Source of the DNA: Balanoglossus misakiensis
Lineage: Eukaryota > Animalia > Hemichordata
DNA length: 64,000 bases
Direction of reading: 5' to 3'
Assembly: GCA_040954595.2 (NCBI GenBank)
Contig: CM082597.2
Coordinates: forward strand, 4,531,244-4,595,243
Part shown: positions 12,380-25,149 of the stretch, piece by piece
Position numbering within the stretch: position 1 is the stretch's first letter
Layout of the letters: each line of letters begins with the position of its first letter
Made by a program: the position numbers and the translations under genes
The notes under the pieces: model-generated
The model's database searches: none
Told to the model about the DNA's origin: nothing
Seen by the model: the letters and a program-made list of their open reading frames with translations, nothing else

Positions 12380-13060
12380 CTGTCCAGGTCAAATCGATGA
12401 CCCGGAAGTACTTCAGTCGAATTTTTCTAGGTGACGGCGTGTCTGAGAACAGGCGTGGTTGAATGGGCCAACTTTGATAGAAGCAATACATGTCTGATAT
12501 GTGCCACGTGTGAAAAGGGAAAACCACAGAGACAACTGACAGCAATAACATATAAAGGCGGCCAGAGATTATAGCAGTTATCTGTCTGTGAAATAGCACT
12601 GAAAAATAACACAGCAGACACAGCAATGGGAATAAGAGCATACTTCATTCAAGCGAGGTGTCCTGCCAGAAAGAGGGAGAAAATAAAACATGCCAGTTGA
12701 AACCAAGCTCTCGTTGCAACTCTCCTAACAACACCTCCTAGTAAAAACTTTAAAATGTCACTTCCTCCGTCAAGTTGCCTCCAGACAACAGTTACATGTA
12801 TACAGCAAACACCACCATTAGGTGTAGATAAGAATTGTATTGCCATATAGCCTTCCTATTCTGTGTGACCAAAATAAAGCGCCAACTTGAGCATTGGTTG
12901 TCAATAACACAGCTTGTGCCCGCCGTACCAGACCCAGTTTGACTGCAACGACTCTACTAACTGCCCTGACTATTGTCAAACGAGACTATCTCGTCTTCTG
13001 TAGGAAGAAACCAAATTCGGTACACCGCACCCTTATCCTCGTTCAGCTAGACAGCAGCCA
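12380..13060 (-). pseudogene. Multi-pass membrane protein remnant (possibly gM/UL10-like)
   Basis: ORFs 12649-12846 and 12427-12648 join in one frame through a single TGA and give several hydrophobic helices. The gM identity is suggested only by hydrophobicity and by position near the UL8/UL9-like genes. Confidence 0.3.
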
Positions 13061-13399
13061 TGGGTCAATGTTGAATTGATCAGTCTATCTGTCCTGGACG
13101 AATAATAAAAGTATTTGCCAGAGTAATATTCATTAATCGACAGTCTCTCCAATAAACAGCACTATATGAAGTTCAACTACCATTTAATGTTGATTATTCT
13201 GTCTGATTCTATTTATAATAAGTAGAAAACAAAACTATTGCATGCATATAAACCTGTTCGACTCTTAAGGTGATACTGAGACTTTGTAAAATAACTTATT
13301 ATAATATCTTAACTTTAAGAGAATAAATCTCAAGATCCCTATTATAAAAATGCACTGGTGCGAATTAAGCTATCCTGCCGACAAAAAATACCACCCAAT

Positions 13400-14323
13400 T
13401 AATCAAGGGAGAAAGATTTTAAGATTCACCATAAACCGAAAATGGCGTACGGTGTCAACGACTGGGTGTAACATTCGCCATGAAGGAGAAAAAAATTACT
13501 AGTTTCTCTCTGTCCGCATGTAACCTGTACAGTAAGAAGTGTCAACATATATGTCGTGCCCCCAGTACAGCAATGTCGAAGCTTCTCGTCACAAAGTTGT
13601 CGAAAGCCAGCTGCAACGTGGATTTCCATATTTATAGATAGAACCCAACGATAAATGTCTCACGAAATGAGGTTTGTGCTCCATATGACGTCATGTAAAG
13701 TAAATGTCACATTGAAGAGGGTTGCTTATGGGGATCGTAAAATATTGGTGACGTGGCGGAAACGAATCGAATTTGAACTTCGCGTGTGACCCAGACCAAA
13801 CCATGGTGGAGAATCCGCCGAAGACAGTTTGACGGGAAGTATCTTATCAACACTCAAGCGCGATTTTCGTTACTTCTATCAACACACTAAACCTGCAGAA
13901 GTTATTCTTGTTGGTTAACTCGTTTTCTTTGGTTAATTTTCTTTATAAAAATGATGGTAACTATCATTGTAAACCGTGGTCGAAGAAAGTCTAGGACATT
14001 GGCATTGGTACACCAATTATATAAATGTCAAGACCAAAGTGAAGGAGCGTTTAAATCTCAGTAGATCTGATCAGGATATCTTCCGTCAAGACCTAGATAA
14101 ATTTCGTCAAAGAATTTCTAAGAATTTCAATTTCTTTAGAAAAGGTGTTTACCAACAATCATTGCCAATCATTTTGGGAATTGAACAGAAAAGTCGACTG
14201 AGTAAAGATGATAGTGCAACTAATTATTCGAAAAATTGAAATGAATGAATACCATGATCTCGCGAACTCGGACTTATAAAGTTTCAGTAAACTTCCAATA
14301 TCACTCACGCTTTAACTAGCCAT
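13400..14323 (-). pseudogene. Putative helicase-primase accessory subunit (UL8-like) remnant
   Basis: A single ~310-codon frame from aaaATGG at 14323 with scattered stops. WSGSHAKFKFDSFPP (~13754-13798) resembles the WxG..kxDFxxFxP motif of the UL8 family. It lies directly downstream of the UL9-like gene, as in alphaherpesviruses. Confidence 0.4.
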
Positions 14324-14329
14324 TTTACT

Positions 14330-16541
14330 TGGGGTGTAATATTGTGATCAGGGCGTCCCTTGTTATGATATGCATTAATCGACAAACTTGAGATGAATGT
14401 GGCTCTAATCATCGCGTAAACACGGTACAGACAAACAAAACTTGATGTAAACTATACTTTCTGAGAAATATGGTGTAACGTGACACATGGCTGACACAAA
14501 CAGCGAATTTTGAGTCGTAAACGTTTAAATCTGACCAAAATATTTCTGGAAATGTCACCAGATAAATTTACAGCAAAGGGACGGTAATACTGACCTGGCC
14601 ATAAACGGATTTGAAGGCATTTCAACGACATTATCGGGTTTTTTTAATGAAATAAAATTTAGTTTGGCACTGATAAAAGTAGCATTACACGTGCAGGCTT
14701 TGCAACAGATGTAAACATCCACCTGAATGCAATCGAAGGTGACTGCATTGCGGCAAAAACAGTGTGAATGTCGAGCACTCTTCGGCGTTTGTGGCCTGCA
14801 GAAATATGGCAATCCTCGTCAGGATGTGCGTGGTCGTAGTGTGGTACTTGTATCGACTGATATCAAACAAATAGACGGTACCTCTCGAGTACTGAACAAC
14901 GTGCCTTGCTCTCGTGATAGTTTGAAGACATCATTACACAGCCTAGCATTTTTATCACAACGCCTTTAATTGCGAAGGGAATGGTTGTCTTAAGAACACC
15001 ACTATAACACGCATGTAATTCACAGGGTTGTCAAATAATAGTGATCTTCTTGGCTAACTTTTGTGAGACATGTATCAGAATTAACGAAGTGGTAATGTCT
15101 GACATTGATAGGGACGACCAAGCCCCACTATGAGTACCAAACTCCGACGCGAGTATACGTGTAATACCACGGTAAACGTACCACACACGCCCCGGCAAAC
15201 GGGTCACCGTCGGCCGGTTGCCAATCTGACGGTGCACGGGCACGTTATCAAACAGGAGGCGACCATGTGTTCATGTTTTCTATTGCAGAACCTTTAACAG
15301 GATTACCCGGTCATGTCCTACTTGGCGCGATGCCCTTCCTCTAAGATAAAAAAAGTCTGGCTTTTTACCAAAGACTGTTGATACGCGCAGTGACGATCAA
15401 CGTGGGACGACCAGAAGCATCCCTCGCCAGGACTGCCGGTTAAACGTTACACCACAGCCGCTGTTCAAACTTATAATGTCACGTGAATTACCTAGTTTCC
15501 GACTTTCCTATTCCTGTACTAGTAACTAAGAAGAACGTAGGAAAACGCTCTTCTGAAAATTATACAATAGTTAAACGAATTTGCCGGATATATTAAGCAT
15601 TTTTAAGCGATCGAAGAGGGATAACACCTTGGTGGTTGTGTCGATTCCCTATTACCAATCTCACGCTCCCGATGCAATGTCACGATACGATTTCTTTATC
15701 ATTGTATGTTTTTGCTTCAACGGTGTACAGAACTTCTAAATCATTCTGAGTTTTATCTCGTTTCTGAGCTATTGTTTTTAGCTGAAACACACCACAAAAT
15801 CGAAATATGACTATGCTGCAAGTCTGTGAAGCCATTTGCCCTGGCAGTGAAACGCAGTCGCTGGGCACCTTGCTTTTTTTGCAGTCTATTCGTCACCATT
15901 ACTTTTAGTTTTCGCCTGATCCTAGAACAGTAAAGTCTCCCTCCTTGCCTACTTCTCGTAACTGATACCAGTTTTTCACGATATTTTTAATATCAAGCCA
16001 GTTTGGTGTCTGTAGAAAAAAAACATTGTTTCAAAGGACGATAAGGTTGTAATGACAGCCTTTGCATTTGGGTCTTGTCGGTGAAATACGACAAGCGTAG
16101 TTAACGCCGTGGCAGAAGGAGACTTTTTTGATCTCCCTTCCTGAAAATCTGAGTCAATGATACGTTCGAAAAACACTCGTTTTGATACTGTCTCCAAATA
16201 CGTCCCCACAAAAAAGGCATCTCAGTTCAACAAAAGTCGTAAATTGTCAGCGATGGCCAGTATATCTGTTTGATACACGACTTAAGAAACGTTGAGTTAG
16301 TTGCCTCCATTTATTTACGGTTGTTAAACGACCGTTTTCGCCGCTTTGTTGTGGTCAGAGCGACCCCACTGTTGACAAAACTTTGATAAACTTTCAAGGA
16401 CAAACTGCGTTATCGCTGACCGCAGGTTTCTCAGAAAGACTACCTAGCGGAAAAATGCCTTGGGTAGTTATAACTTTAAAAGAAATGAAACAATGGAATA
16501 ATTTCCAAAATTCTAACGAAGTTGATAAATAACGCCGCCAT
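14330..16541 (-). pseudogene. SF2 helicase, origin-binding protein (UL9/OBP-like) pseudogene
   Basis: Motifs in order on the - strand: I FLVTSTGIGKSE (~15497-15535), Ia TLIVTARIN (15378-15404), II LLFDNV (15241-15258), IV RIAIF...LRLHS (14816-14724; cf. UL9 NICIF...LLLHS), V ISAKLNF (~14654-14686; cf. VTVGLSF), VI FQKYFGQI*T (14521-14551; cf. YQSLGRVRT). Confidence 0.75.
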
Positions 16542-18517
16542 TTTGGTATTTATCATAATTTGACCTTCTGTCGAACACCAGGCTTGTCGCTAATAAATGA
16601 AGTCGGGTCTGCAGAGCAAATATGACGACTGATTTTATAGTCGTTAATTAATCACATCCACGATGACAAAGCCTTTATACACAGGTACTATGTATGCAAG
16701 CTTCAAAATGTATTATTTTTAAGATTCCAATTTGTAAAATTGATATCTGGGATTGTATGAATAAGGAAATGGGCAATAGAGATTTTGGAAGTCGGGACTG
16801 ATTACTGCGAGCATGTAATTCAATGGCAAAATATTAATTCATGTTGGAAACCACACACAAGCGTTGCATGGCGGTGGAGATGGGTTTTACACGCTGTTAC
16901 ACTTGGAACAGTTACGTTTGAACTCCGACTGTTCGTGTGAATAGTCGGAGTGAAACAGGACCGACCAGAAACTCTGTCTAGAAGCGATAGAATCAAAACA
17001 GCGCATTGTTGGAAAGACAACCCAACGACACGTCGTGTCTAGACGCCTGAGAATTCACGCCAGTTTCGACCCCGACCCCAATCCCAGCCGCGTACGTGTC
17101 CGTGTCTCCCGGTGAAAAACAAGCGACCGAGCTCCACCGACCGATAAATAACCGTGTTTACAAAAGCTAGACGCATCCTTAACCTGGGACGTGTACAGAG
17201 AGCATTTTCACGACGCAAGTGCCGTGTCTGTTCGAAGCGTTATGGCTGTCGCAAACTTATGAGAGACGAGCCTTTCAGTTATTCAGGATCTCGGGGCTGT
17301 ACGCAATAAAATTTTAAGTACTGAGTGAAAAGATGACGGGATGTGACTGGCAAGGTCTGAGTAGCGTTGAATAATGTTATCAGTCTATTTATCAGTTACA
17401 CAGACGTGTCACTGCACCCTGCCTAACTTAGCAATTCGTATTTCGTTTCGCGGCAGTTAAAAAATTATACGACCACAGACACAAATGCACTACGCATCGA
17501 CCAAGCATGAATTTCACGTATTGAATTTCGTGGTGTAAGTCTGGACTTACCGGAGCTAAACAGTTCACAGGACTTTTCGGCGGCAGCTACAGAAAATCCC
17601 CTTTCTTAATTCCCAGCGCGCTTTTCCCCCGTCGACCCGGCAGGTACAGGCGAGGCGGGAGATGTAGGCCACCATTGTAGGCACGGTGCAGCCACTTTAA
17701 ACAGTGACAAAGGCTGCTTGCAGTAACCCAGACAGACGGCGATTGACCAGCTGCAGGGGGAATAGTAATAAATTCAGTCATGAGTATGAAATTAGTAAGC
17801 TTTGCACGCGAGGTCGTGTACATTGATACACCTTGATACCGTGAAAGCGCTGAACGAGGTACAAGCCGGCTGAATTGAGCTGCACCCCGGCCAACTGCCA
17901 GGAAGTGTCGGTAGCAGAAGTGCCGTTTCAAAATAATTTCAATATAAACCATGTGTTTGTCGAATTATTATTACAAATGCACTGAGGTAGTCATATACGG
18001 GGCGATGGCAGGTATTTTTCACCACTTACGTTTGAACCGTGGGGCTGTGAATATCGTTCTCTTTACCAATACAAACGTGATTGCCGGCTTCATTCAAAAT
18101 GGCCGACACACCGAATGAACCAGGGTTATGTCGGTCGCTAGGGTAACAGGGAGATTTCAGAACACTGTCTCTTCAGGGTAGTTCTATCCTGTGCGAACTA
18201 ATTCGTCGCGGAACAAAAAACCGACATGACCTCAAAACTGGTCTCGCAACAATGTCCCGGAACACATAAATAAGGATTTTTTAAATTAATGAACGACGAT
18301 ATGCGCCCAAATACAGCAAAGAACAGACGGTTATATCAACTGTGTGTAGACTACCTTATTGTGGCCTCGTAAGCACTCCTGATAGGCAGGTCAAAACAAA
18401 ATTGGGTCGAAGTTGGGGAAATAGTATTGAAAGGAAGACATCCTGTCTAAGGAGTGTCCAATGACATCTAATATCGTTTTCGCTTCCTCACAATGACAAA
18501 CGCTGATAGGGACAGAA

Positions 18518-18541
18518 TGTGTGTGTGTGTATGTGTGTGTG
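18518..18541 (+). repeat. (TG)n microsatellite
   Basis: Direct reading. Confidence 0.85.
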
Positions 18542-19330
18542 CATTCTACCATAAGGTATTCCATACTCGTGCTAAATTATAATTTGATAATTTCACTGAT
18601 TTTTGTTTCTGAGGGAAACAATTAGGCTAGTGCTGTCATATTGTGATTGGGATACACGAAACATGTACATTAGTTGGTTTATAATTGTTTTGGATCTGCT
18701 AGAGATATTAATTTTATATTCAAGTATTGGTTGACAGAACATTTAATACAAATCACGTGTTTCTTTTAAGCGGAAACTGCCAATCCCAGTTATTGAACTT
18801 CTCCACTGACACGCAACGTCAGACAGAGGAGGCTTTAATGTCATAGCTAATGCCACCGCTCAATCTGCAGTTATTTATTACAGTTGCGGTTTTGCGGTTG
18901 TGTACTGCATTGTCAACCGGCAGAGTGAATCAATTACATACATACCAAGAGCACTAACACTAATGTTTACTTGATGGTATGATTAGAAGCAAGTTCGGAA
19001 TAGCACAAGTCGCTAGGGCATCTCTGCGAACTTTTCCCGCAAAAATGTTCATATTTGTAGTATGTCAGGGAAGTTGACCGCAAGAATCTGTAATTCAGAT
19101 ACATCTACAACCAGGCTGTTCCGTGTTAACGTCAGAAACGACGAGTTTTGCACAGATTTGCATGTTTGTAAAGTGACCAATCTGAGCTCAAAACATACAA
19201 TGAAGATTATCCTATCGAATATGACATTTTGAAAAGTTCTACAAGTACTGTTTCTGTCTTACGACATACTGTGACGTTATTTACCTTACAAAAATACTTT
19301 ACTGAAATTATAAAGTATTGAACATATCAA

Positions 19331-19362
<32 letters not shown>
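19331..19362 (+). repeat. (ATCT)8 microsatellite
   Basis: Direct reading. Confidence 0.9.
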
Positions 19363-19789
19363 GATGTCTATCTGTCTCTCTGTCTTTCTGTATATCTGTT
19401 AATGTGGCTGGCAAAATAATAACTTTGATTCTTGAATACTAATTCTACTTAGCAAAAAGTAAAAAAAATATATGAATGGATTTCATTATTGCTGCTATTA
19501 TATCATCACATACGACAGATATGTTCCGGGTTTTCTTTTTGTAATGTCACCTTTATTTAGTTGTAATTTGGAACGCTACTTTGAGCGTTTATCGTTCTAC
19601 GGTAAGTTACCACCCACTCTCACTCAGACAAATGAATTTTGACCCGCGTGACTGTTTATGTAACGCACACTACTGATTGGAGATATGACTGTGTCAGTCA
19701 AACACACGGCGCCACAAAAGTAGATGTACTCGGCTTCAGTAGCTAAAAACGAAATTCTGGCATTTGTCTGACTCGAGAAATAAAGCGAC

Positions 19790-20570
19790 CAATAAAGTGG
19801 GTCATCAAATCACAAACATATCTAAAAGTGTTGAATTTGTACAAATATTCAAAATGACGAAATCGCTTACATAATTACCTTTTAGCTGTATTATTCTTGT
19901 CAGCCAATGTGCGTGCGATGCCTTACTTGTGCCAGCCAATCAGGGATCTGGATGAAAAGATAATGACGTCATGGTATTAGTATATGTATGTCCTTTAAAT
20001 TTGTGTTTATTTTAGAACAATTATTTTAGTTTTCTTTAAAAACATCGTTCAATTTTGCTCAAAATACACCGAAGAAACTGTTATCAAAGGAATACAACTA
20101 ATTTAAATATGCCCATATATGGTTAAATATGTCCAAGTGTTCTAATAACCTTGGCCACCAATTGAAATCTGTGATTGGCTGAATCCCCGCTGTCCATGGT
20201 AACTGCGGTTTAATTTACATAATGCATGTATGTATGGCATTATATCGACCAAAAGTTATGTAAAAAAGTATATATGCAGCATTATGCGTTATGTTAATGG
20301 TAATTTGAGAGTACAGCCCTGACACAGTTCATGTATATGACGTCAGCGGCGACATTTGGGTACAAACGTGCCACATCATAAAACTGTTTGTTGAACGTAT
20401 TTTTTAAATATTTGATTTGCATAATTAACGCATTTTATTGCATTTCCAGAAAATAAACATTAATATAACTCAACGATGAGCACGGAATAAAATATACTAA
20501 GTTTGATTGTTTATCGCCCGTGGGCATGCATTATCAAGGGTTATCAATGTATAGCTGCAACTTATAAACT
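19790..20570. mobile_element. Probable host interspersed-repeat insertion(s) inside the viral polymerase
   Basis: An AT-rich, non-coding ~0.8 kb block (gccaatcag/ctgtgattggctg motifs) separates polymerase regions III and I, which are normally only a few dozen codons apart. Termini were not resolved. Confidence 0.5.
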
Positions 20571-23510
20571 AGAAATACGAGAGAAATGCATTATTAACAG
20601 TTCCAAAGAAATATTAGCCATTGTTTTCGCGCGCGAGATTAGAGCATCCAGGACTAGCCGCGGAATACGATTACATGCACTAATGCCAGCGACGTGAATT
20701 CCATGGCAACAGCGCGTAGGCAAAAACACGACGTCATATGCACAGGTGCGCGGTTGCATAAGACCAAATATGAATGGCGTCTGTCCAGCGGAGTGCGATC
20801 TCTCCAATTCCCCGCGTGCAAGCGCCGAGACCTGCTTAGAAATCCCGTCATCCCGAACGGCTCCAAACGCAGAACAAAACGAGACGTATTGGTTCGAAGC
20901 TGGGGAGACCGTTCTTTAACCCCGATAAGCGCAGCGCCTGTCTGTGTGATGTTAATATTTATACCGACCCCAGACGTGTCCTCTTGGAAGCACGTTAGTA
21001 TTGAATAACTACTTCCCTTGAAAACACGGAGGTAAAATTTCGTCTGGCGACGTCAACATTTTCTGTTCGCGTTTTCGGATACAAATTGGGGCGGAGTGCA
21101 ATTCTGGTGCAGACGGCCTCTCATATTTTGGATTATAAGTCTCATGTGGTATATGAAGATTGTGGGGAAGAACCGGGAGAATATTGGTGGTAAATTATAC
21201 GTGGAACCTGGCGTTAGTTGTAGTTATTGGGGGCAAGAGTCGAGCGGCGCGGCGACCAAGCCATTTCGCAGTCTGGTGGGGTGATCGATCAATGGCCGCA
21301 CAAGTTCACGGAACGACACATTCTTTTTTAAAGTTTTGCACGGCAGTTGTGTGCGGCCAGGAGCAAAACTAGCTATCTGTTATTGACCTTGAGTTCAGTG
21401 ACCTTTGTGACGTCAGCACGTCTCAAACGGATAATATTCCGCGTGATGATGTGTGATCAGTAAATACCTTGTTTATGCAACCGGAAATGTAAGTAAATTC
21501 TCATTTGATTTAGACCATGTAACTTGTCCGAGTAATTTTCTTCTCCCCGAGATTGTTTTATGGGTCAACATATCTATGTCAGTTTTTTCTACAGGCGGTT
21601 GCCTACCCCGCGAAAAATAACCTGCCTTTGACGTCCCGGAAACGACAGATATATTTATCGCCCATCAAACGTGGCTCTCTTGAAATACCAGTTGACGGAC
21701 GACCGTGCGTGTCTTCGTGGGAAATGATACAGCCTTATAAATTCAAGCGATTCACTGACAATTTGAGACAAGTACAAAGTAGACCACGCTTAGAATGACT
21801 TTTCATAACAAAACTAGACCTCAACAATACAAGAAAATGCTTGCGGTTTGAATGGTTACAAAAAAACGAGGTACAAACCGCAGATCACGTCTCGCTGTCT
21901 CGATTGGGGCGACCTCTGACCCCGGTAACCCCAGCAGGCCAAAATTAGCAAGGAGGCTGTACAAAAGTTGAATTCAGGATGACGTAGCGTCTTGCTCGGA
22001 ACAATAGTTATGTTAATGTTAATTTTGAGGGGCTGTCTGGTGTATGACCTCTAAGTTTGGGTCATTAGGTTAGCAAGAACTTTTGACGGGAACGTTGGCG
22101 GTGCGCGCGCTCTCCTGTCGGTCGTTTCATTTTCAAAATGTAGGCTAAACTGTAAAAATGACAAAATTTGGCGTCCTTGTTGGAATTTCTGGAGTTTTAT
22201 GGCATGCCCTTTGCGATGAGGGTTTGAGATATTCAAAATTCAAATCGTATCCCAAAAGTATTTGCCTATAAGCCATGTTGAGGCAAAACACAGACGGAAA
22301 TGTTGCCATGGTATTAAGAGTGCCGTGCAGCAGAAAATAGCATGCATCAGACTAAACGATTTACAGCCATCAACCCAGTCATAACAAACCCCTTTACAAT
22401 TTTGGAGCGGTTCATATGGATGTAAACAAAACGTAAACGATCTAGCTGGCAGTGTCTTGCCCCCGTCACAGCCAGACAAAACACGTTCAGATCTCGCGTG
22501 ACTTGGTGAAAGATTGGATCGTCTGCAGATTGGTGAATGACATGAGTGCCCTGCTTCTATGCTGAAGGTCAAAGTTTTAGATATAATGAAAATTTAGACC
22601 TACAAGTTCGTACATTGATAGAAAAGTATGGTCTAGCTATAATAACAGAAGTCACTTCCATAAAAATATATTGATTTGTTTTTGTTTTGCTTAATTCAGA
22701 AAATGAATATATTGACAGACTGATAAACATGTCAGCCAATTATTCCCAGACCTATTCAGCGCCATCTGTTATTTTCAACCAGGCACCTGTCTTATTGCAT
22801 TAGACTAATACAAAATGTTGCTCTTTTGGTCTGATTTTCTGGTACTCTGTTCAGTTTTAATTACTTAAAAGGTCATCTCTGAGAAACACACCTGAAGTTT
22901 TCCTTTTCTAAATATAAGAAAACTAGTCAATGGTGTCGAGAATTGTTATCATGTGCATGACATCCCTAGCCGTTGAACTATTTAAAATGATCACAATCGT
23001 GTTCGCCTCAAATAGGGCAAGGTTCTTTGTCTGCATATCCGATACGAGTTTTGCCCCCCCCCCCCCCACAACAATGTCGTCTCTTAAAACACCAGATAAA
23101 CATATCACGTGGAAATAAGGGTTAGGGATTTACGGCGTGTCGAGCAGTACATTCTGTCATGTAAGGGATTACAATATGGCGGGGGCTTACTGCTATAAAG
23201 CAGCAGAAATTACAGTACTCGGAGAGTGCAAAATGCGACTGACAAACACAATAAAAACGACAAAAGTCCATCTCTACTCTTCTGCTTGTCAATTCCCCAA
23301 AAAATATTTTGGGAGATGCCAAAATTAAGGATTTGTTTCGTAGTGTGATTCAAGGTAGTCTTGGTCACTAACGTGCGTGACTTTATAACAGGAGCACTTA
23401 ATATAACAAACTGAATTGTCGTATAACTGATAGTTTCTAGAGAGATCACAACAACAACAACAATCCATGTAATAATAATAACAGTAGTAAAATAGTGATG
23501 CTGCTGATGG

Positions 23511-23511
<1 letters not shown>

Positions 23512-23547
<36 letters not shown>
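23512..23547 (+). repeat. (GAT)n microsatellite within a low-complexity tract
   Basis: Direct reading. It produces the spurious poly-His and poly-Ser ORFs. Confidence 0.9.
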
Positions 23548-23548
<1 letters not shown>

Positions 23549-23649
23549 GGGTGTTGATAATGATGATGACGACGATGACGTTGACACCTACATTCCCACC
23601 TGCATGCTTCAGGCCCGCCAAATACACCTACAATTGATTGGATATCAGA

Positions 23650-25100
23650 TTCTTCTTTCGAAGGTTCTAGGGTTCCGCTTTTAGGTATCAGTAGATTTCC
23701 ACTCGTGTTTCATTTTTAAAGTGCACGTTTCTTGGCAAAACACCCAAACATCAAATCAAATGAGAATTCAAACATTGCGGTGCTTGGATCTATTCGTCTG
23801 CGTCGTGCTCACGAAATTCGTGAAATTATTTTGCAAGGAATGGCTTGTGTGGGGGGGGGGGTGGCGCATTTAAACCATTTAATCAAACAAACATCAAGAC
23901 TGCGTTGTTTTTGCATTGCCCCTTCTTTATATCTAGATTTCTAAATTCATGCATATTATTGGATCAATTAGGATTTTAAAAGCTGGACGAAACAACATAA
24001 AGATGTAGGTGAGTTGAATTTAAATTAACGAAATCTTTCCGTGACCCGTACACGATATCTTCTGTGTTCAAAGATCGCTGAGTGGTTCTTCAGAAGTTCA
24101 TACTCTATGATAAAATATGAAATCATGCACGTTTGGTTTGTTGCAAATGTTGGAAGAATTTAGATGTTGACGACATCCCCCGCCGGTCATTATTTATGGG
24201 GAAATGGCGCCACGGTTGTTCTAAATGCATGTTAGGAACTATTATGCCCCGTCGTCAAGGTAAAAATCATGCGACGGATTCGTAAAAACATCTCATGTGA
24301 ATAAGTGAATATGAATAGTTAGTCTATAGAGTGTACCGTGGAAAATTCACAACGAGAGTTCGCAACTTTATGCCGATTGTTCCGGAAAATGGCGGGAAAT
24401 GTTAAGAGTCAAAGTCTCGTGCACATGCCAGTTATTGCAGAGAATAGGGCAACGACCGAACGACAAAAATTGGCGGGAAGTCTCTCGCACATCGGTCACA
24501 AACTGTCGTTTCCACCACTTTGCTGACATCCCCATATTACCTTATTCAAGAAATGTGTCTGATTTGTATCTTGAATTTGACATTGTTAGTCTGATATGAA
24601 AACGTCCCATGCAAGTTTGTTCGTTTGGCATTTCCACTGCAGTGTCGAAGAATTGTCGTTTATACTGCAAAATGCACAAGTAACTGATATGATTCATTGA
24701 TTTAATACCAATGAAAACTATTTGCACGTCTGTTGTTAATATGAAAATCTTCCCAATAATTTATGGCCGAATTTAGCGATTATGTGTAGGAGACCAACTG
24801 TGTACCATTGTTCAAATCTTGTGTATGGTTTCAAACGACAACACCCTTGTAACTTTAATGTTGAAATTTGAAAACCCCCGATTTTCTTAACTATTGAAAA
24901 TCGTGTGAATCTCACCTCATGATGGGGAAATCTGCGTTCTCTCCTCTTCCTGAGATCTAACGAATAAAAAAATATTGTTAAAAATTCATGAATTCGTTTA
25001 GATTATAAAACACGCTTGCTGCAAACACTTTTGAGTGTGTATTGGGGATAACCAGCGCGCCGGCAATACTTGGGTAACCACCCGCAAAATGTGTTGGAGT
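23650..25100 (-). pseudogene. Terminase DNA-binding subunit (UL28/HCMV UL56-like) remnant
   Basis: Zinc-finger segment CDRCARDFPPIFVVRSLPYSLQ*LAC(x)H (~24500-24419, -) versus HCMV UL56 [29 protein letters not shown]. N-terminal TIFFYSLDLRKRRE (~24940-24980) versus UL28 TYVFQIELLRRCD. Confidence 0.6.
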
Positions 25101-25149
25101 ATGGCCAATTTCTATCCAAAATAGGGTTCCCTGCCTCGGTGAATGTCTT

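Larger units (their letters stand above)
18350..23450 (-). pseudogene. Family-B DNA polymerase (UL30-like) pseudogene, split by host repeat insertions
   Basis: Ordered motifs: LFEAN (23001-23015), ExoI LTFSIE (22555-22572), ExoII QILLGYDLNFEYL (22226-22264), ExoIII NYCSEQDA (21986-22009), region II GLVAAP...IFSRFFPTI (to 21158; cf. DFASLYPSI), region III LDRRHSYLVLCN...CLRAVAMEFTSL (20788-20690; cf. LDKQQAAIKVVCN...CLHVAATVTTI), decayed region I VCLTDTV (19685-19708; cf. YGDTDS), and a possible C-terminal QYYFPNF near 18420. Confidence 0.85.

Noticed and set aside
23210-23627. Poly-His and poly-Ser ORFs
   Set aside because: These are translations of a (GAT)n microsatellite.
24080-24285. + strand LQKFILY...IMPRRQGK, which looks like a terminase Q-motif and Walker A
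   Set aside because: No downstream terminase motifs follow. It lies antisense within the UL28-like gene, and a full-length terminase is at 7850-10880. Treated as chance.
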